DNA of 64,000 nt from a virus, in IMG/VR virus record IMGVR_UViG_3300045988_163304, positions 64,001 through 128,000 of that record; one strand, 5' to 3'. Positions 50,001 through 63,352 of the stretch are shown in pieces. A model generated the notes under the pieces. It worked only from the letters and a program-made list of their open reading frames with translations. It ran no database searches and was not told where the DNA came from. Numbering within the stretch: the stretch's first letter is position 1; each line of letters opens with the position of its first letter. Both the position numbers and the translations under genes were made by a program.

Positions 50001-51300
50001 CTCTTGTCTAAATTATAGCATCTAATTTATTAAAATCATTAAATTCTACTGTTAAATGCTCAATTGTTATATACAAAAAATTCATTAAATTATTATAATG
50101 ATTTTTTTCTCCATCAACAGTTCCTATCCCTTCTACAAAACTCTTTAAAAAACTTCCTAAATTAATAATATAATCTCTTGATGTTTCTATCAAAGAACTT
50201 AAAAGACCTGTTGGAATACCAGTTAATTCATTTAATAAATATAAATTATTTTTAATATGACTCTAACAATTTTTCAACGCTAAAGAATTTTCGGAGGCTG
50301 ACAATAAATTTACCCAATGAGCAAAATTATTACTTTCATAAAATGTTTTTATTTTAAGACATAAATTTTTATTATATTTATAATATGTATTAGTTTTTGT
50401 CATTGAAAGAATAATATTTTCTTCTCTTAAAACTCTTTCTTTGCCTTTAAATCCAACTTTAATACAACCATTATTAGGTTCAGCAGTTGTAGTAATAGTT
50501 AAATCTTTTCCCGGAGCTAATAAAGTTTCTGTTGTTACTCTATAACTTGGGCTAGAAGCAACAAATCCATTTAATGTAGTTACTGTGTATATTAATTTAT
50601 AAATTTCATTTGTTTTAATAAAACTACTTAAAGTAATAGTGTCGGTAGATATTCCATATTCAATATCATTAGCATTATTATGTAATAATTCTCTTGTGGT
50701 ATAATATAATTCATCATCTTCTGTATAAAATGAAAAATTATAAGAATATACCTTTTCACTCTAATCTAAATCATCAGATAGCTAATATACGCCATGTAAT
50801 TCATTATTAAAAACATTTACACTATCAATAGTATAATTTTGAATATAAACCACTGGATTTTGAATACATTTAATAATTCCAACAGTAGAATAATATCCTA
50901 TTAATTTTTTAAAAGTAGTAATTGTCTAAATATTTCCTTCACTATCTTTATAAGTATTAGTAGAGTCAACATATTTTGATATATAAGCAATCTAAATCTT
51001 ATAATACTAACCTTCATTTAATAATTTTCCATATTTAGAAGGAATAGTAAATGTAACTGTAGATTTTTCTATATCAAAATTAGTAGATTCAATAGGATCA
51101 AATAAAAAAGTATTTGTAGATGCCGTTCTTAAGCGCAAACTAAATCCAACAAAATCTCCATTATTAACAGCTACACTGGCAGTAAAAGGAATAACTAACT
51201 AAATATCTTTTAAAACTTTAGTTTCACCTGTTATTGTATAAGTTTTACAAAAAGCTGGTAACGTTCCAGCTATTTGCGGAGGATATAATCTTTCAGGCAT
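44023..51300 (-). CDS. giant (~2425 aa) Tal-like tail-tip protein; dozens of TAGs
   Basis: Seven track ORFs from 44518 to 50008 and the start codon at 51298-51300 share one frame. RBS AAAGGAGAG; the 3' end translated explicitly to TAA at 44023. Confidence 0.45.
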
Positions 51301-51322
51301 ATTTTTCTCTCTCCTTTATCTC

Positions 51323-54241
51323 TTAAGATTTTGCTTTTTCTAAAACTTCAACGCGTTTCTATAAATTAGTAATAGTTATTTGTAAGTTAGTAATAGTTTT
51401 TTGTAAATCAGTAATAGTTGTTTGTAATTTTCTATCTTTATTTTGTAAATCTTTTATCTAAGAATTATAACTATCTAAAGACACATAAGTTTTACCAAGT
51501 TTAGGAATACCATTTGTAAAATATACTGGCTAAATCTCTGAGCCTATAGTATATTCAATTCCTGTATTATCAATTAACTATTGAGATGTTTTAGAAGTGT
51601 CAGACTGAGCAATTCTAGCAATACCAGAATCGGTTAATTCAAATATAATATTATCTTTAGAAATTCCATATAATCCATAAGTTGTATATGTATAATCTTT
51701 TCCATCTATTTTTACAGTTTTTAAAAAGGTCCCCATTAAAATCCCTGAGCGCTAAGTATCATTTAATTGACCAACAGTAGTAGATAACAATTTTAAATTT
51801 TCATTGTTAAAAAATATATCTTTACCTTTTATATCATTCCACATAGCAATAGGATAATTATTATTAATCATAATTATTGGCTATATCCAAAATAACTCAT
51901 TATTATTCTAGATATTTGTACCCTAAACATATAAATTTGTCTAAGCCATATTATTAGAAGTGGAATAAATAGTAGGTGGGATAATCATATTATTATCTTT
52001 ATTAAAATTCCAAAATTTAGCTCCATCACCTTTTAATGTCCACTCAACATTTAAAACAACTTCTAAAGAATTTTTATTATTTAATTTATATAATTTATAA
52101 GGAGTTTTTTCATATACCGGTTTTTTCCCAGTTATATCATAAGTAACAATAGAACACCCATCGGCACAAACGTATTTATCATTAAAAGAACACGGCAAAG
52201 TAATATAACTTCTTATAGTATTCATATTATAAGTACCTTCAGCGACAATCACTAATTTAGACATTAAAGTCGTATCACTGCTATTTAAATTTTCTTTGAA
52301 TGTAATTTCACCTTTATCAGTTAATTCAACTTTTGTTTCGCTATTTAATGAATTATAATACCATTTATAAGATAAATTTAATTTATTAAGAGCTTCCCAA
52401 GTATATCCATAAAGATTTGCTTTAATTAAATAAACATTATCTTTTAAAGGACGCACCATTTTTACTTCTTTTTCTTCTAATCCATTTTTTTTATACAAAT
52501 TTAACTATAATACACAATCGGCACCAGTAGATCCACTATTACCAAATAATAAATCAATACTATTTGAATACGTTTGATTATTAATTTCAACAGAACATTT
52601 AATAGTATTATTTTTATATAATGGATTATAGAGAGAAGCTATCTTAAATGGAATATAATATAAACCAGATTCTATTTTATTATAAATAGAAGCATTATCC
52701 CCTTCTTCAAGGATATGTTCAAAGGTATACCATGAGTCTTTTGCTATTCCTGGTTCGACTGGTAAAATCATACTATTAGTAGCTGGAATTGAATAAGTTA
52801 ATTTTATTCCTTTTGCTAAAGTTGTGTATTCTTTACTCGAATCTCGACTATTAAATTCAACAGCAATATTATGTATTTTTTCTCCATTTGAACGGGCTAA
52901 TAACTAATTATCTTGCCCATAAATATAAAATGTATTATCATTATTCTATGGAATCATATTTAAAGTATCTAATAAACCTACATTATCAATATAAGACCCA
53001 TTATCAAAAATACAAGGTTCTGAATGTGTTGTTAAAATCTCTCCAGTTAAAGGATCTTTTACCTATATTTGAACTCTTAATGGGCATTCTTTAATTTGAT
53101 CTCCTGTAGGCAAAGCATAAAAAAATTCATCATTTTTATTTTTTAACAATTCCATTGGTTGATAAATTCCATTTTTTATTGTTCCAGTTGCTTTCCATCC
53201 TCTACCATAAATACCATGATTATCCATATAATTTTTTAAATAAATAAATAAATAAATAGTAGGGTTAGTATAAGTAACAACTCGTTCTGTTTGACGATTA
53301 ATTATACGAATACCTAATGTTTTAATTCGCTCGTTTTCAGAATTAGAACCATAATATTTTAAACTTCCAATAGAATATAAATAAGCTCCTAAATTATCAG
53401 TATCATAAGAAGATAAATTTTCTTTATAATATCCCGCAATGATTTTTAAATTTCTAAATTTAATTTCAAAATCATCTGGATTATCTATTTTATCACTATC
53501 ATCTTTTTTAAATTTTCCATCTTGCCAAATATCTACTTTTATATCAGCAATAATTTTATTTTTAATATCTATATCAAAATATTGAGATACATATCCACCA
53601 GTTTTATATGGATTCATTAATAACATTTCATTATTTGAAATTAGCTAAGAAATTGTTCGTGTTTCTAACTTTTCTGTAGTCTAATCTTTATAAATTATAC
53701 TAATTTTTAATCCATATTTCCCAGAATTAAGATTCTGACTAGCCACATATAAATCCGCCGCGATATGATAAGAAAATCGTAATACAGTATAACCTATAAT
53801 ACCATTTGAATTTCCATCAATAAAACTTTGATTTGGAAGAATATTTTTCAAAGTTGTAGTTTGAGTAGAAGTGGGGTGTAAAATAAATTCATTAGGCGAA
53901 TCAATATAAGCCTATGATGCAAAAAAAGTCTTTGAATCATCTTTTCCTTCTGTTTTATAATTATTTATAACTATACCAGTAATAAGTTTTTTTGCTGTAA
54001 AGTCTCCTTGAGGTATTAATACATAAACTTCATCATCAATATTATAAACTTTTTCTTCATTATTAGAAAAAACAGCTAGTAATGCTCCTTTATAATCAAC
54101 AATATATTTATGAATACCATTTTCTAATAAAACTTCTTTTATTACACCAACTATCGTCTAGTCAAATGGTAAATTCTATAATCGAGCAGATACAATTGTG
54201 TCTACTGATCGGAATATTTTTTCATTTAATTCATTAGACAT
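51323..54241 (-). CDS. large (~970 aa) Dit-like distal tail protein with a C-terminal coiled coil; many TAGs
   Basis: The 51941, 52505 and 53063 ORFs share a frame with the start at 54241. RBS AAAGGAGAG; a 3x21-bp tandem repeat at 51366-51432 encodes the coiled coil. Confidence 0.45.
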
Positions 54242-54320
54242 AATTCGCTCTCCTTTTTCTCATATTCTAATAATTTTTAAGAAAAAATCTTATTTTATTA
54301 TTTATATTTGACCAATAAAA

Positions 54321-54352
54321 AATGGCGAGGTAATTAAACCTCGCCATTTAAA
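54321..54352 (-). terminator. hairpin terminator immediately after the TMP stop
   Basis: aatggcgagg / cctcgccatt plus a T-run on the minus strand. Confidence 0.55.
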
Positions 54353-57300
54353 TTAAATAGTCTTTCGACTAGCATATTGACTTGCTTCGTTCTCCATCAT
54401 TTCAAATGCTTCCATAATTTCATTACTATCAGTCACATTCGGGAAATCAGCATTAATAGAAATTTGTTGCATAAACTCTTGTGCAATTCTATCAATACCA
54501 AGAGAAGAAGGAGTTAAATTAGATAAATAATTTACAATAGTCTAAACATTTAACCCTATACTTTGTAAAATACTTGAAACATCTAAACTATCAATTAATG
54601 CAGTATCAATTGTTAATTCATTATTCTGCATCTATTCATCTATCTATTTACTCATATCTAATCTATCAAATATATCATAAGTTAAGGGGAAAGATTGTTC
54701 TGTAACATAATCAGTATTACTAAAACTTCTAGAATTATGTTGCGTGCTAATAATATTATTATCTGTCGTGGTTAACTGAGAATTTGTCTTTTGATTATAT
54801 TTACTATAATCAATATTATCCATACCAGATAATAATGCAACCATTTTATTAAGACTCGCTACAAGAGCCTCATTTCTATCAATAGCACTATTAATTTTTT
54901 TAGTATAAATATCTTCCCATCTACCAGCCGCTTCAATAACATCTTTAAAGGAATTGGTAGCGTTTTTAACTATGCCATCCATATCAGCTAATGCTTTATT
55001 AGAATCACCAGTAATCTTAATAGACCAACCAGAAGCTTCGCTAGCAAAATCGCCTTTAATACCAGCGGTTTGATTTATTTCATCCTATTTTTTACTTAAA
55101 TCATCTAATAATTTCATTGAATCATTTAATACAGTATCATGATTATCCCAGAAACGTTTAAACATTTCATCTAATGATTCATATCCACCCTTAATTGCTA
55201 AATTAGTTTTTTCAAACGTGTCTTTAATATTATCGGTATTAACCTAATAATATGAAGTAAATTTCGCTGTTGCGTCTTGGCTATTTCCAAATAACTTTTT
55301 GTATTCCCCTTCAAGATATTGCATCTTGTTTAAATACCAATCATTTAAACTAGCAATTTGCGCTTCGGCCTCTTCTTTTGTTAATTCGCCATCAGCTAAA
55401 CCTAATTCTATTTCTTTAAGTTTTTCTTTATAATCAGCCTATACTTGAAGAATATTACTTTCAAGAGTTTTTAGGTATTCTTCATTTGCTTTTTGATAAG
55501 CATTTAATTTATCTTCATATTCCTATTCAGCTTGAGCAATTTTATCTTCATCCGCGCTATATACATATCCCCAATTACCATTATTATCGCGAGTTAAACG
55601 AACAGTTTCATTAGAATTTTGAACATCTTCTAATTTCTATCTTGCTAATTCTAATTCATATTTAGATTGCAAAATTTTCAAATCATATTCACTAATTTGA
55701 GAACCATCTTTTAATTTTTTATTTAACTCATCCTGTAATTTATTCAATGCTTGTTTATGCGCGATAATATCAGTATCTTCTATAGAACCTTCAATCTAAC
55801 GTCTTAATTTATTTAATTCATAAGTTTTATCAGTATCACTTAAATATTGTTCATTAATTTCATTAGCCTATTCAATAGCTTCTTGTAATGCATCAATGGT
55901 GCCTTGAATAGGAGCAATACCTTTTTCAAATTCTTGGATAATGTTATCCATTTCTTCATCAAAGATATCTTTTGCTCTCTATAGAGCTTCTTGCCAACTA
56001 TCTAAGAAACTTTCTTCTACACCATTAATTTTATCATCAATTTCTTGTAAGGTTTTATCCCATTTCTTAATAGCTTGTTCATCGCCGTTAGCTGCTACTT
56101 TATCACGCTCAGCTTGAGCATCAGCGCGCATCTATTTCAATGCTTCTAATTCTTTTTTAGTCCCAGCTAAATTATTAATACTGTTATTCATTAATGAACG
56201 ATTTAAATTGCGAATTACTATTTTAGACTGTTCTCCCAACTACATTCCTAGTAATGATGTAATATCTTTAACACCTTCTAAAATATTTTGATAATGATCA
56301 AATAATTCAATTTGATGCTCGATATCTTCACTGAATTGATTGAAACTATCTAATACTTTTTCTTGAATTGTATTACGCATTTCAAGTAATTCTTGATTAC
56401 TAGATAATAATTCTGAACGCCAGTCTCTTAATTGCTCAATTTCTTTAGCAGTAAATCCTTTAGCTTTTAAATCAGCTTCAGACATTCCCTCTAATTCTTC
56501 TATTGAATCAATACCATGATTATTTAATAATTCCATTAATCCTTTTTGATAAGTAGTAATTTTATCAAGAGTATTCTAAGTTTTATCACCAATTAAAACT
56601 ATAGCCTCAGCCGCTGAATAAGCTTCATCTTCAATTTTACTTAATAAATAATCAAGATATTCTAATTCATCATCTTTAACAGCAATTTTAATTTCAATTT
56701 TATATTGAGTTTTTTCAAAAATTACATCAGCTAATTCAGTCTTTAAATCATATAATTTTTCTAATTGCTCTTGGCGCAAATTATTAGTTTCTTCATACTA
56801 TTCTAAAGCTTTAATAAAATCATCATAAGCATCTTCAGCGGCATCATCAGCATCTTCATTTTTACCAATAGACGAATTATATTTATCAATCTGGCGCTTC
56901 ATAATTTCATCATAATTAGTAATAGCACCAGTTTCATCAAATTCAGCGCCATAAGATGCAATTAAAGCTCTATCTTCATCCCAATATTTATTAATTTCAT
57001 CAAGATATTGATTCTATAAATCAATCATTTCATCATATTTTTCAATTTCTTGATCCATTAATTCTAATTTAGAAGTGCCAAACGCCCGCTCTTTAGCTTT
57101 CGCTAAATGCTCCATTACCTCTTCTAAATCTTCAATTTTTTGCTTAATTACATGATAACGCTCAATTTCATCTTTATATTCTTTTGGGGGAGGAGGAGTA
57201 TATGAACTTCCACCACCGCCTCCATTACCACCATCGCCACCATTTCCTCCAATGGTTCCAGAAGATTTTGTGCCTCCAGTGACTTCACCACCCATTTCTA

Positions 57301-60300
57301 AGCCACCACCAGTTACAGCCTTAACTGCTGCGGGGTATTCAATTACGTCTTCTCCATCTAAAGATTTAATAAAAACTCCGCCTGGAACATGATGGGTACC
57401 ATCAACGGTATCAGTTTCATTAGTGGCTACTAATGTATCAAAATGTTTTTTAGTCACTTGAGGTTCGACAGGATTTAACTCTAAATTAAATCCCATTTTA
57501 GCGAATTCTTTTTGTGCTTGTTCAGATGTCCATCCACTAGCTGCAATTATTTTATTACAAGCATCAATAAATCCAGCATCATTAACTTCTGCTCCGACTT
57601 CAATCGGATTGTTTTCTATGTAATTAGAAATATAATCAAAAGCATTTTGAACGTCTGATTCAACTGTTCCGGCCGCAGCACCTGCAGATTCTTCTAATTG
57701 GGCCATTGCTGAACGGGCTTTAGTATTATTAACATCTAAAACAATTTGACGCTATGCTTCCACTCTAAATTGTTGAACAGCTTTAGTATCGCCCTTCATC
57801 ATTTTAGGAATTAGTGGACCAGATTTTCTAATAAAATCTTTATTATGAGCAAGCATCTAATCAAATGTATCTTGACTTACTCCAGCTAAAGAAGCAAAAC
57901 TGTCAGAATTAGCATCTAAAAAATCCCCGAAAGATTCATATTCGGCTTCTGTTAAATCTTTATTTTTTTCTAATTTTTCAATATATTTATTTAATTCTTT
58001 ACTATTATCATTCCAAGCATCCTAAATATCTTTAATAGTACCAATATTAAGACCAGTTAATTTTCGTAATTCATTTACAGCTTCAGCGTCTCCTTCAACT
58101 GCTTTCTTAATTAAATCATAATGTTCAATAATATTATCACTATCACTAATCCATTCTTCGAAACCTTCTTTAGTCATGTCAAACATAGAAGCATATTCTT
58201 CAGAATTCTATTTTAACATATCTGACATAGCTTGAGCTTTTTCTTTTAACTAATCTTGATAATTATTATAAGCCGCTTGATAATCTTCTGTATTATCAAA
58301 AGAATCTTCGTTTGGAGTTCCCTGTTGATTTATTTGTTCAAATTCATTTACAGTTGATTGATTTTTATCCCAAGTTTCTTTTGCCTTAGAAGCATTTTCC
58401 CAAGTTGTTTTACTATCAGCTTCTATTCCTACATAATCATCAATATTAGCCACAGTATCTTCAGAGGCTAATTTATTTTCTAGCCAAGCTCGTAACTCTG
58501 AAACAGAAATATTTTTAGTCTCTTTCTAATCTTCATCTGTATATACTTCAATAGTTTTATCATTCTATAATTTAGATAAATTACCCCAAAAATTATTATC
58601 TTTATAAGTATATCCTCTCTCTTTTAAAAACTCTTGAATATTTTCATTTGAATTATTTAAAACATTAAAAGCAGTAGCAGACTAGTCGGTATAATCTGTA
58701 GCATTAGAATTACGGACTGCATCTTCAGCCATTTTATAAGCAATATCAGAGACATATTCATCACTAACTCCTGCCTCTTTTAAATCTTCTAAAATCCCTT
58801 CAGAAACCATTTTATTATACATATCATTAGTTTCTGTGTCAGCAATTCGTTGTGCCTATACAGTCAATTCTTTAATAGCATCTTGTAATTCAGTATTATT
58901 ATCAATTAAATCAATAACACTCTAATCTAAACCTAAATCTTTTAATGTATCAGAATCAATTTCTAAGTTTGGATTACGTAATTTAGCATTAATAATAGTG
59001 TCTAGATCTTTAGAAGTAATCTATTCTACATCATTATCATAATGGGTCTATCCGTGTTTAGTATAATCAGAAACAATTTCTTTTTTGCTCTAATCATATT
59101 CATATTTATCTTTAAATTTCTATTGAGCAGCTTTTGCTGATAATAAATTAGAACGTTCTTCATCCATTGAAGTACGCATAGTCTCCGCGCCAGTGTCTGT
59201 AATATACTTACGCCCCTGAGCATCAATATCCCAGTCCTATCCTTTTATTAAACCATATTTTTCAATTAAATCATCAACTTCATCATTTAACTCATTAACA
59301 GCATCTCGCCATTCTATAGTTCCATAAGTGAGATTATCAATATTTTTACGTTTATCATTTAACCCAGATAAAGTACTATTTAATGTATTTAATCTACTAT
59401 TTACATCATCTAAAGCAGTTTTAGTTTCTTCTAAATTTTTATTATTCTATTCAGCGTTTTCAGCTGCTGCTCCAGTAGCATTGTCATATATCGCCCAAGC
59501 CGCTACCAAAGCTCCTAAAGCTACAATTAAAGGCCAAATAGTAGCTAAAACTGGAACAATATTTAACCATAGACCTTTTAGAGCTGTAGAAAAAGCATTA
59601 GTTGTTACCGCCGCCTTTCCTGCTACAATAGCTTCAGCTTGCAATGCTGTAGTTTCAGTAACTACTCCTCCCGCTGCTAAAACTGCTTGGATAGCATTCT
59701 TTTTAAAAGCATCATTTAATTTTTTACTAGCTAATATATTATCTATTTTCTTTTTTTGATTCTGGGTTAATACTATTGTATTAGCCCCTATTGCTACATT
59801 TTCTAAAGAAAGTGTAAGAAATTGTTTCTAGGACTATTGTTGTAAAAAAGCATTAGCAGTACCTAATCCTCGTAAAACACTAGACACCCCAGGAACAATC
59901 ATAGAAATACTAAATAAAACAGATGTAAATTTTTCCCATCCAGAAATATCAGGATCAGATAATGTTTGCATCATAGAATTAAATGATTGTAATGCCATTG
60001 CAGCAGAACCACAAGCAGAAGCCAATGATATTATACTCTAAGTGAAAGGTATTTTATGAATTGGTTTAAAATTAATAACTGCTTGATTGAGTCCTTCTTG
60101 TGCTTCTTTTGCTTCTTTAGTAGCCTATCCCCACTATTTTAATGCTTTACTATGCGCCTAAATATCACCTTTAGCCTATTCCATTGATTTACTTGTTGAA
60201 CGACCCATTTGTTCTAAAGCATTAGCCGCATTTTTTCCTTCAACAGTAGTATTTTTTAGAACTTCTGCTAACTGCTTAAAAGCCTAACTTACTTCTTTTG

Positions 60301-62650
60301 GCTTTCCTCCATCTAATGCACTTTCAATAGCTTCTAAAGCATTTTGAAAATCTTTTGAAGATTTTGTGACTTCATCTACTGGGCCAATAAGCATATCAAT
60401 AGAAGTTCGAACCGTTTCAAAATCAATTTCACCATTTAATTTAGTATACTAAGTCCCTAATTTTTTAAGTCCTTCAATTGTTAAAGAGTATAAATCATTT
60501 CCTGATAATAAAGTTTCATTTGTTTCATGCCCAACTTCAATAAAAGTTTTATAAGTATTTGTTAATTTTTCAACTGTTTGTGCTAATTGAGACGCTGCCT
60601 GTTCCTGAATATCTAATTTATCATTCTAGAAAAAAGCTAAATCATTTCTAGCAGCGACTAAATCTGCCTAATTATTTTCAGATGGATTATTACGATATAA
60701 CTACTAAGCTTTATCTTTATTAGCTTTTAACTTCTGTAAATAACTAGTACCATAATCATAAATTTGATTAGGAGCATTTAAATCAATAGGATTAGTATCT
60801 TTATTTAATTGTTCTCGTAATTTAATTAATTTTACTGTTTCCTACTATTGTTTTTCAATAAATTGAATTTCATTTTCATAATATCTTTTTTCACTAATAG
60901 ATAAATTTTCAGATACGGTTGCTAATTTATTTTTTACTCCTAATAATTCCTAAGAATTTTTTAATTCCTATTCTTGAGCTGGAGTAAAATTAGTTCTTGT
61001 CTCTAACTATAATTTAATATTATCAGAAGTTTCTTTAGATATTTTAGCATAAACTTTATCTGCTCCACCTACTAAAATTTGAATATTATTTATTGCATTA
61101 TCTAAAGCTGGCTAAATTTTAGAGCTTAATGTCTAACCAATTAATGATAAAAATCCTAATAATAAAGGTTTAATTCCACCAATTTTATCAATAAAAGAAT
61201 CAACCCCATCAACCATATCAGATAAGAAATCTGTAAATTTAATAAAAAATTTATCATCAATTAAATCAGTATATAAAGATTCAAAAGAAGCTTTTAAACG
61301 TTTATTAGCAGCTTCCCAAGACTCTTCATAAATTTTCTATTGTTCAGTTAATGTTCCAGTAGCATTACGAGCAGTTTCGAGATTTTCTTTCATAAAATCC
61401 CAATTATCCATTAATGCCATTAATTGCGTATATTGACGAACACCAGCAACGGTTTGAGCCAATGCTACTTTAGCATCTTTAGAAATTAATGGATTACCTT
61501 CAGCATCAAATGAATTCCACTTTTCACCTAAATCACTAAGGATATCATCCATCTCTCGCAATCCGCCATCTGCTGTTTTAATAGAAACACCAACAGTTTC
61601 AAGAGCTTGAGAATATTTGCCTAATGTAGTACCATCATCAAGAGTTTTACCTAATTCTAAATCTTGAATACGAGCAAATAATGTTTTGAATGCAGTACCA
61701 ACTACATCAGCAGATTGACGAGTCGTTGCGGTTACAGTCGCTAAAGCTGAAGTAGCATATTCATAACTTAAACCTACTGTATTAGACACAGCTGCAAATT
61801 TTTCTAATCCAGCCGCAATTTCATCTGTGCTGGAAGCTGTTGCTGCACCTAATGCAGTCATAACATCAGCGTAATATTCTAATGATTGTGAGCCATCATA
61901 GAAGTTATTCCAAACAGCAGTCAATTGGTCTGATATTTTATCAGCACTTTCACCAGCGGCATTAGCCATTTTAATCGTAACAGCAGTTCTATCTTCTACT
62001 TCTTTATCTGATAAACCCTGTTGATAGTAAATCAAAGAAGCATCAGTATAATTTAATGTAGAAGTGCTTAATGCCTTTGCTGCTTTATTTGCTCTATCAG
62101 CAAATTTATCCATATAGTCAATATTATGACCAGTAACAATTCGGATATCATTTAATGAACTATTTAAATTCTAAGCGTAATGATAAGCTCCTTGCAAAGC
62201 CCCCATTACACCATGAATCATACTTGAAGAAATTTGCCATTTAACTGTATTTTTAACAGTAGTTAAAAAATCTTGTAAACGAGCATTTAATGTAATCATT
62301 GGCTAATCAGCCGCCGCTATTGATTGAGCTAATTTTATAAATGCTTGTTGTCCAGTTGTTCCCGCTTGAAGTAAACTGGTAGATAATTCAGTCACATTAG
62401 TTTTTGATTTAGCTAAACTAGCATTTAATTTACTTAAATCATAATTACCAGTTTTCTAATTATATGCTTCATTTAAATGAATAGCTAGCTCTTTAGCCGC
62501 AGTAGAAGCTGCTTTCATTTGACTGGGATCAATACCTAAATCAGTACTATATGCTACTTTAGTTAATAACTACTGCAATTCCTAAATCTGCTATTTCGCT
62601 TGAGTAGTATTCGCAGTAAAATCTAATGCAACATTTAATTGTTTTGCCAT
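54353..62650 (-). CDS. tail tape measure protein, ~2765 aa, dozens of in-frame TAGs
   Basis: All nine track ORFs here sit in frame 2 (54644 ... 61337). TP901-type TMP core (61337-62113 fragment), TM helices at 59447-59644 and a Gly-rich linker. RBS AAAGGAG; TAA at 54353. Confidence 0.75.
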
Positions 62651-62689
62651 AAACGGGACTCCTTTCTCTCATAATATAAACAAAAAAAA

Positions 62690-62728
62690 TGGGTGTGAGA
62701 AATAATCTTCTCACACCCATACACTTGA
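62690..62728 (-). terminator. hairpin plus T-run between the 62766-63290 gene and the TMP start (possible attenuator)
   Basis: gggtgtgagaa / ttctcacaccc with T8 on the minus strand. Confidence 0.45.
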
Positions 62729-62765
62729 TTATTCCTATTTAATTTTAAAAAATTAAATAGTTTAA

Positions 62766-63290
62766 TTATCCCAACTTGGTCAAAACATCTTTTAGCAATC
62801 CTAATGTTTCAGGATTCTGAATGTCATTAGTTAATTGTTCCATATCAAATGTTGTATCTTTATAATCCGTAGAAATAATATCTAAAATACCCGCCGCAGA
62901 ATTTTTATACTCATAAATTGAATGAATAGTTTCTGCCACCCAACTTTTAATTTGTGCATATTCTCCTGGATTAATTTCTCCAAATACCTTAGCAGAAAAA
63001 CCAGAACCTACTACTAAATCATATAATTTCTTTGGGTCTTCTTTTTGTTTATCAGTAAAACTTACATTTGTATATGCCATAATCATTTTTAAAATAGTAT
63101 GAAGATATACACGAGCAGGGTTATAATAACCGTTTTTATCAATGGAATCATTAATGATTTCTGAAATAAGATTTAACTTATCTCCAATAGGAAGATAATC
63201 TTTGACTTCAATAATCTAATCTCCCCATTCAAAGGTTGATACTTCTGTATTTTTATTTAAATTTAACTTTGAAAATGATACTTTTGCCAT
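62766..63290 (-). CDS. tail protein upstream of the TMP (assembly chaperone or tube protein); one TAG
   Basis: RBS AAAAGGAGG; 175 codons. Confidence 0.45.
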
Positions 63291-63319
63291 TTCAAAATCC
63301 TCCTTTTACACTTATTTAT

Positions 63320-63348
63320 ATTATACTAAAAATTTAGTTTATTGTCAA
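63320..63348 (-). promoter_or_regulatory. perfect-consensus sigma70 promoter on the minus strand (TTGACA, 17 nt, TATAAT) driving the tail operon
   Basis: -35 at 63348-63343 and -10 at 63325-63320 read on the minus strand. Confidence 0.55.
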
Positions 63349-63352
63349 TTTT

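Noticed and set aside
59328-59759. Plus-strand ORFs reported inside minus-strand genes (59328-59759 and 59447-59644 region, 35769-35960, 31523-31786, 23821-24021, 20490-20753, 52888-53094, 8945-9196) and minus-strand ORFs inside plus-strand genes (1759-1998, 7410-7595, 8907-9098, 9740-9964, 12391-12741, 14739-14921, 18287-18496)
   Set aside because: They are antisense to well-supported genes with low-complexity translations. 59447-59644(-) is actually an in-frame TMP fragment rather than a separate gene.
37500-62700. Apparent absence of long ORFs over 25 kb of the minus strand, which could mean a non-coding region or decayed pseudogenes
   Set aside because: Interruptions are exclusively TAG, frames are conserved across fragments, and products (TMP and others) are recognisable. 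Random decay would add TAA/TGA and frameshifts.
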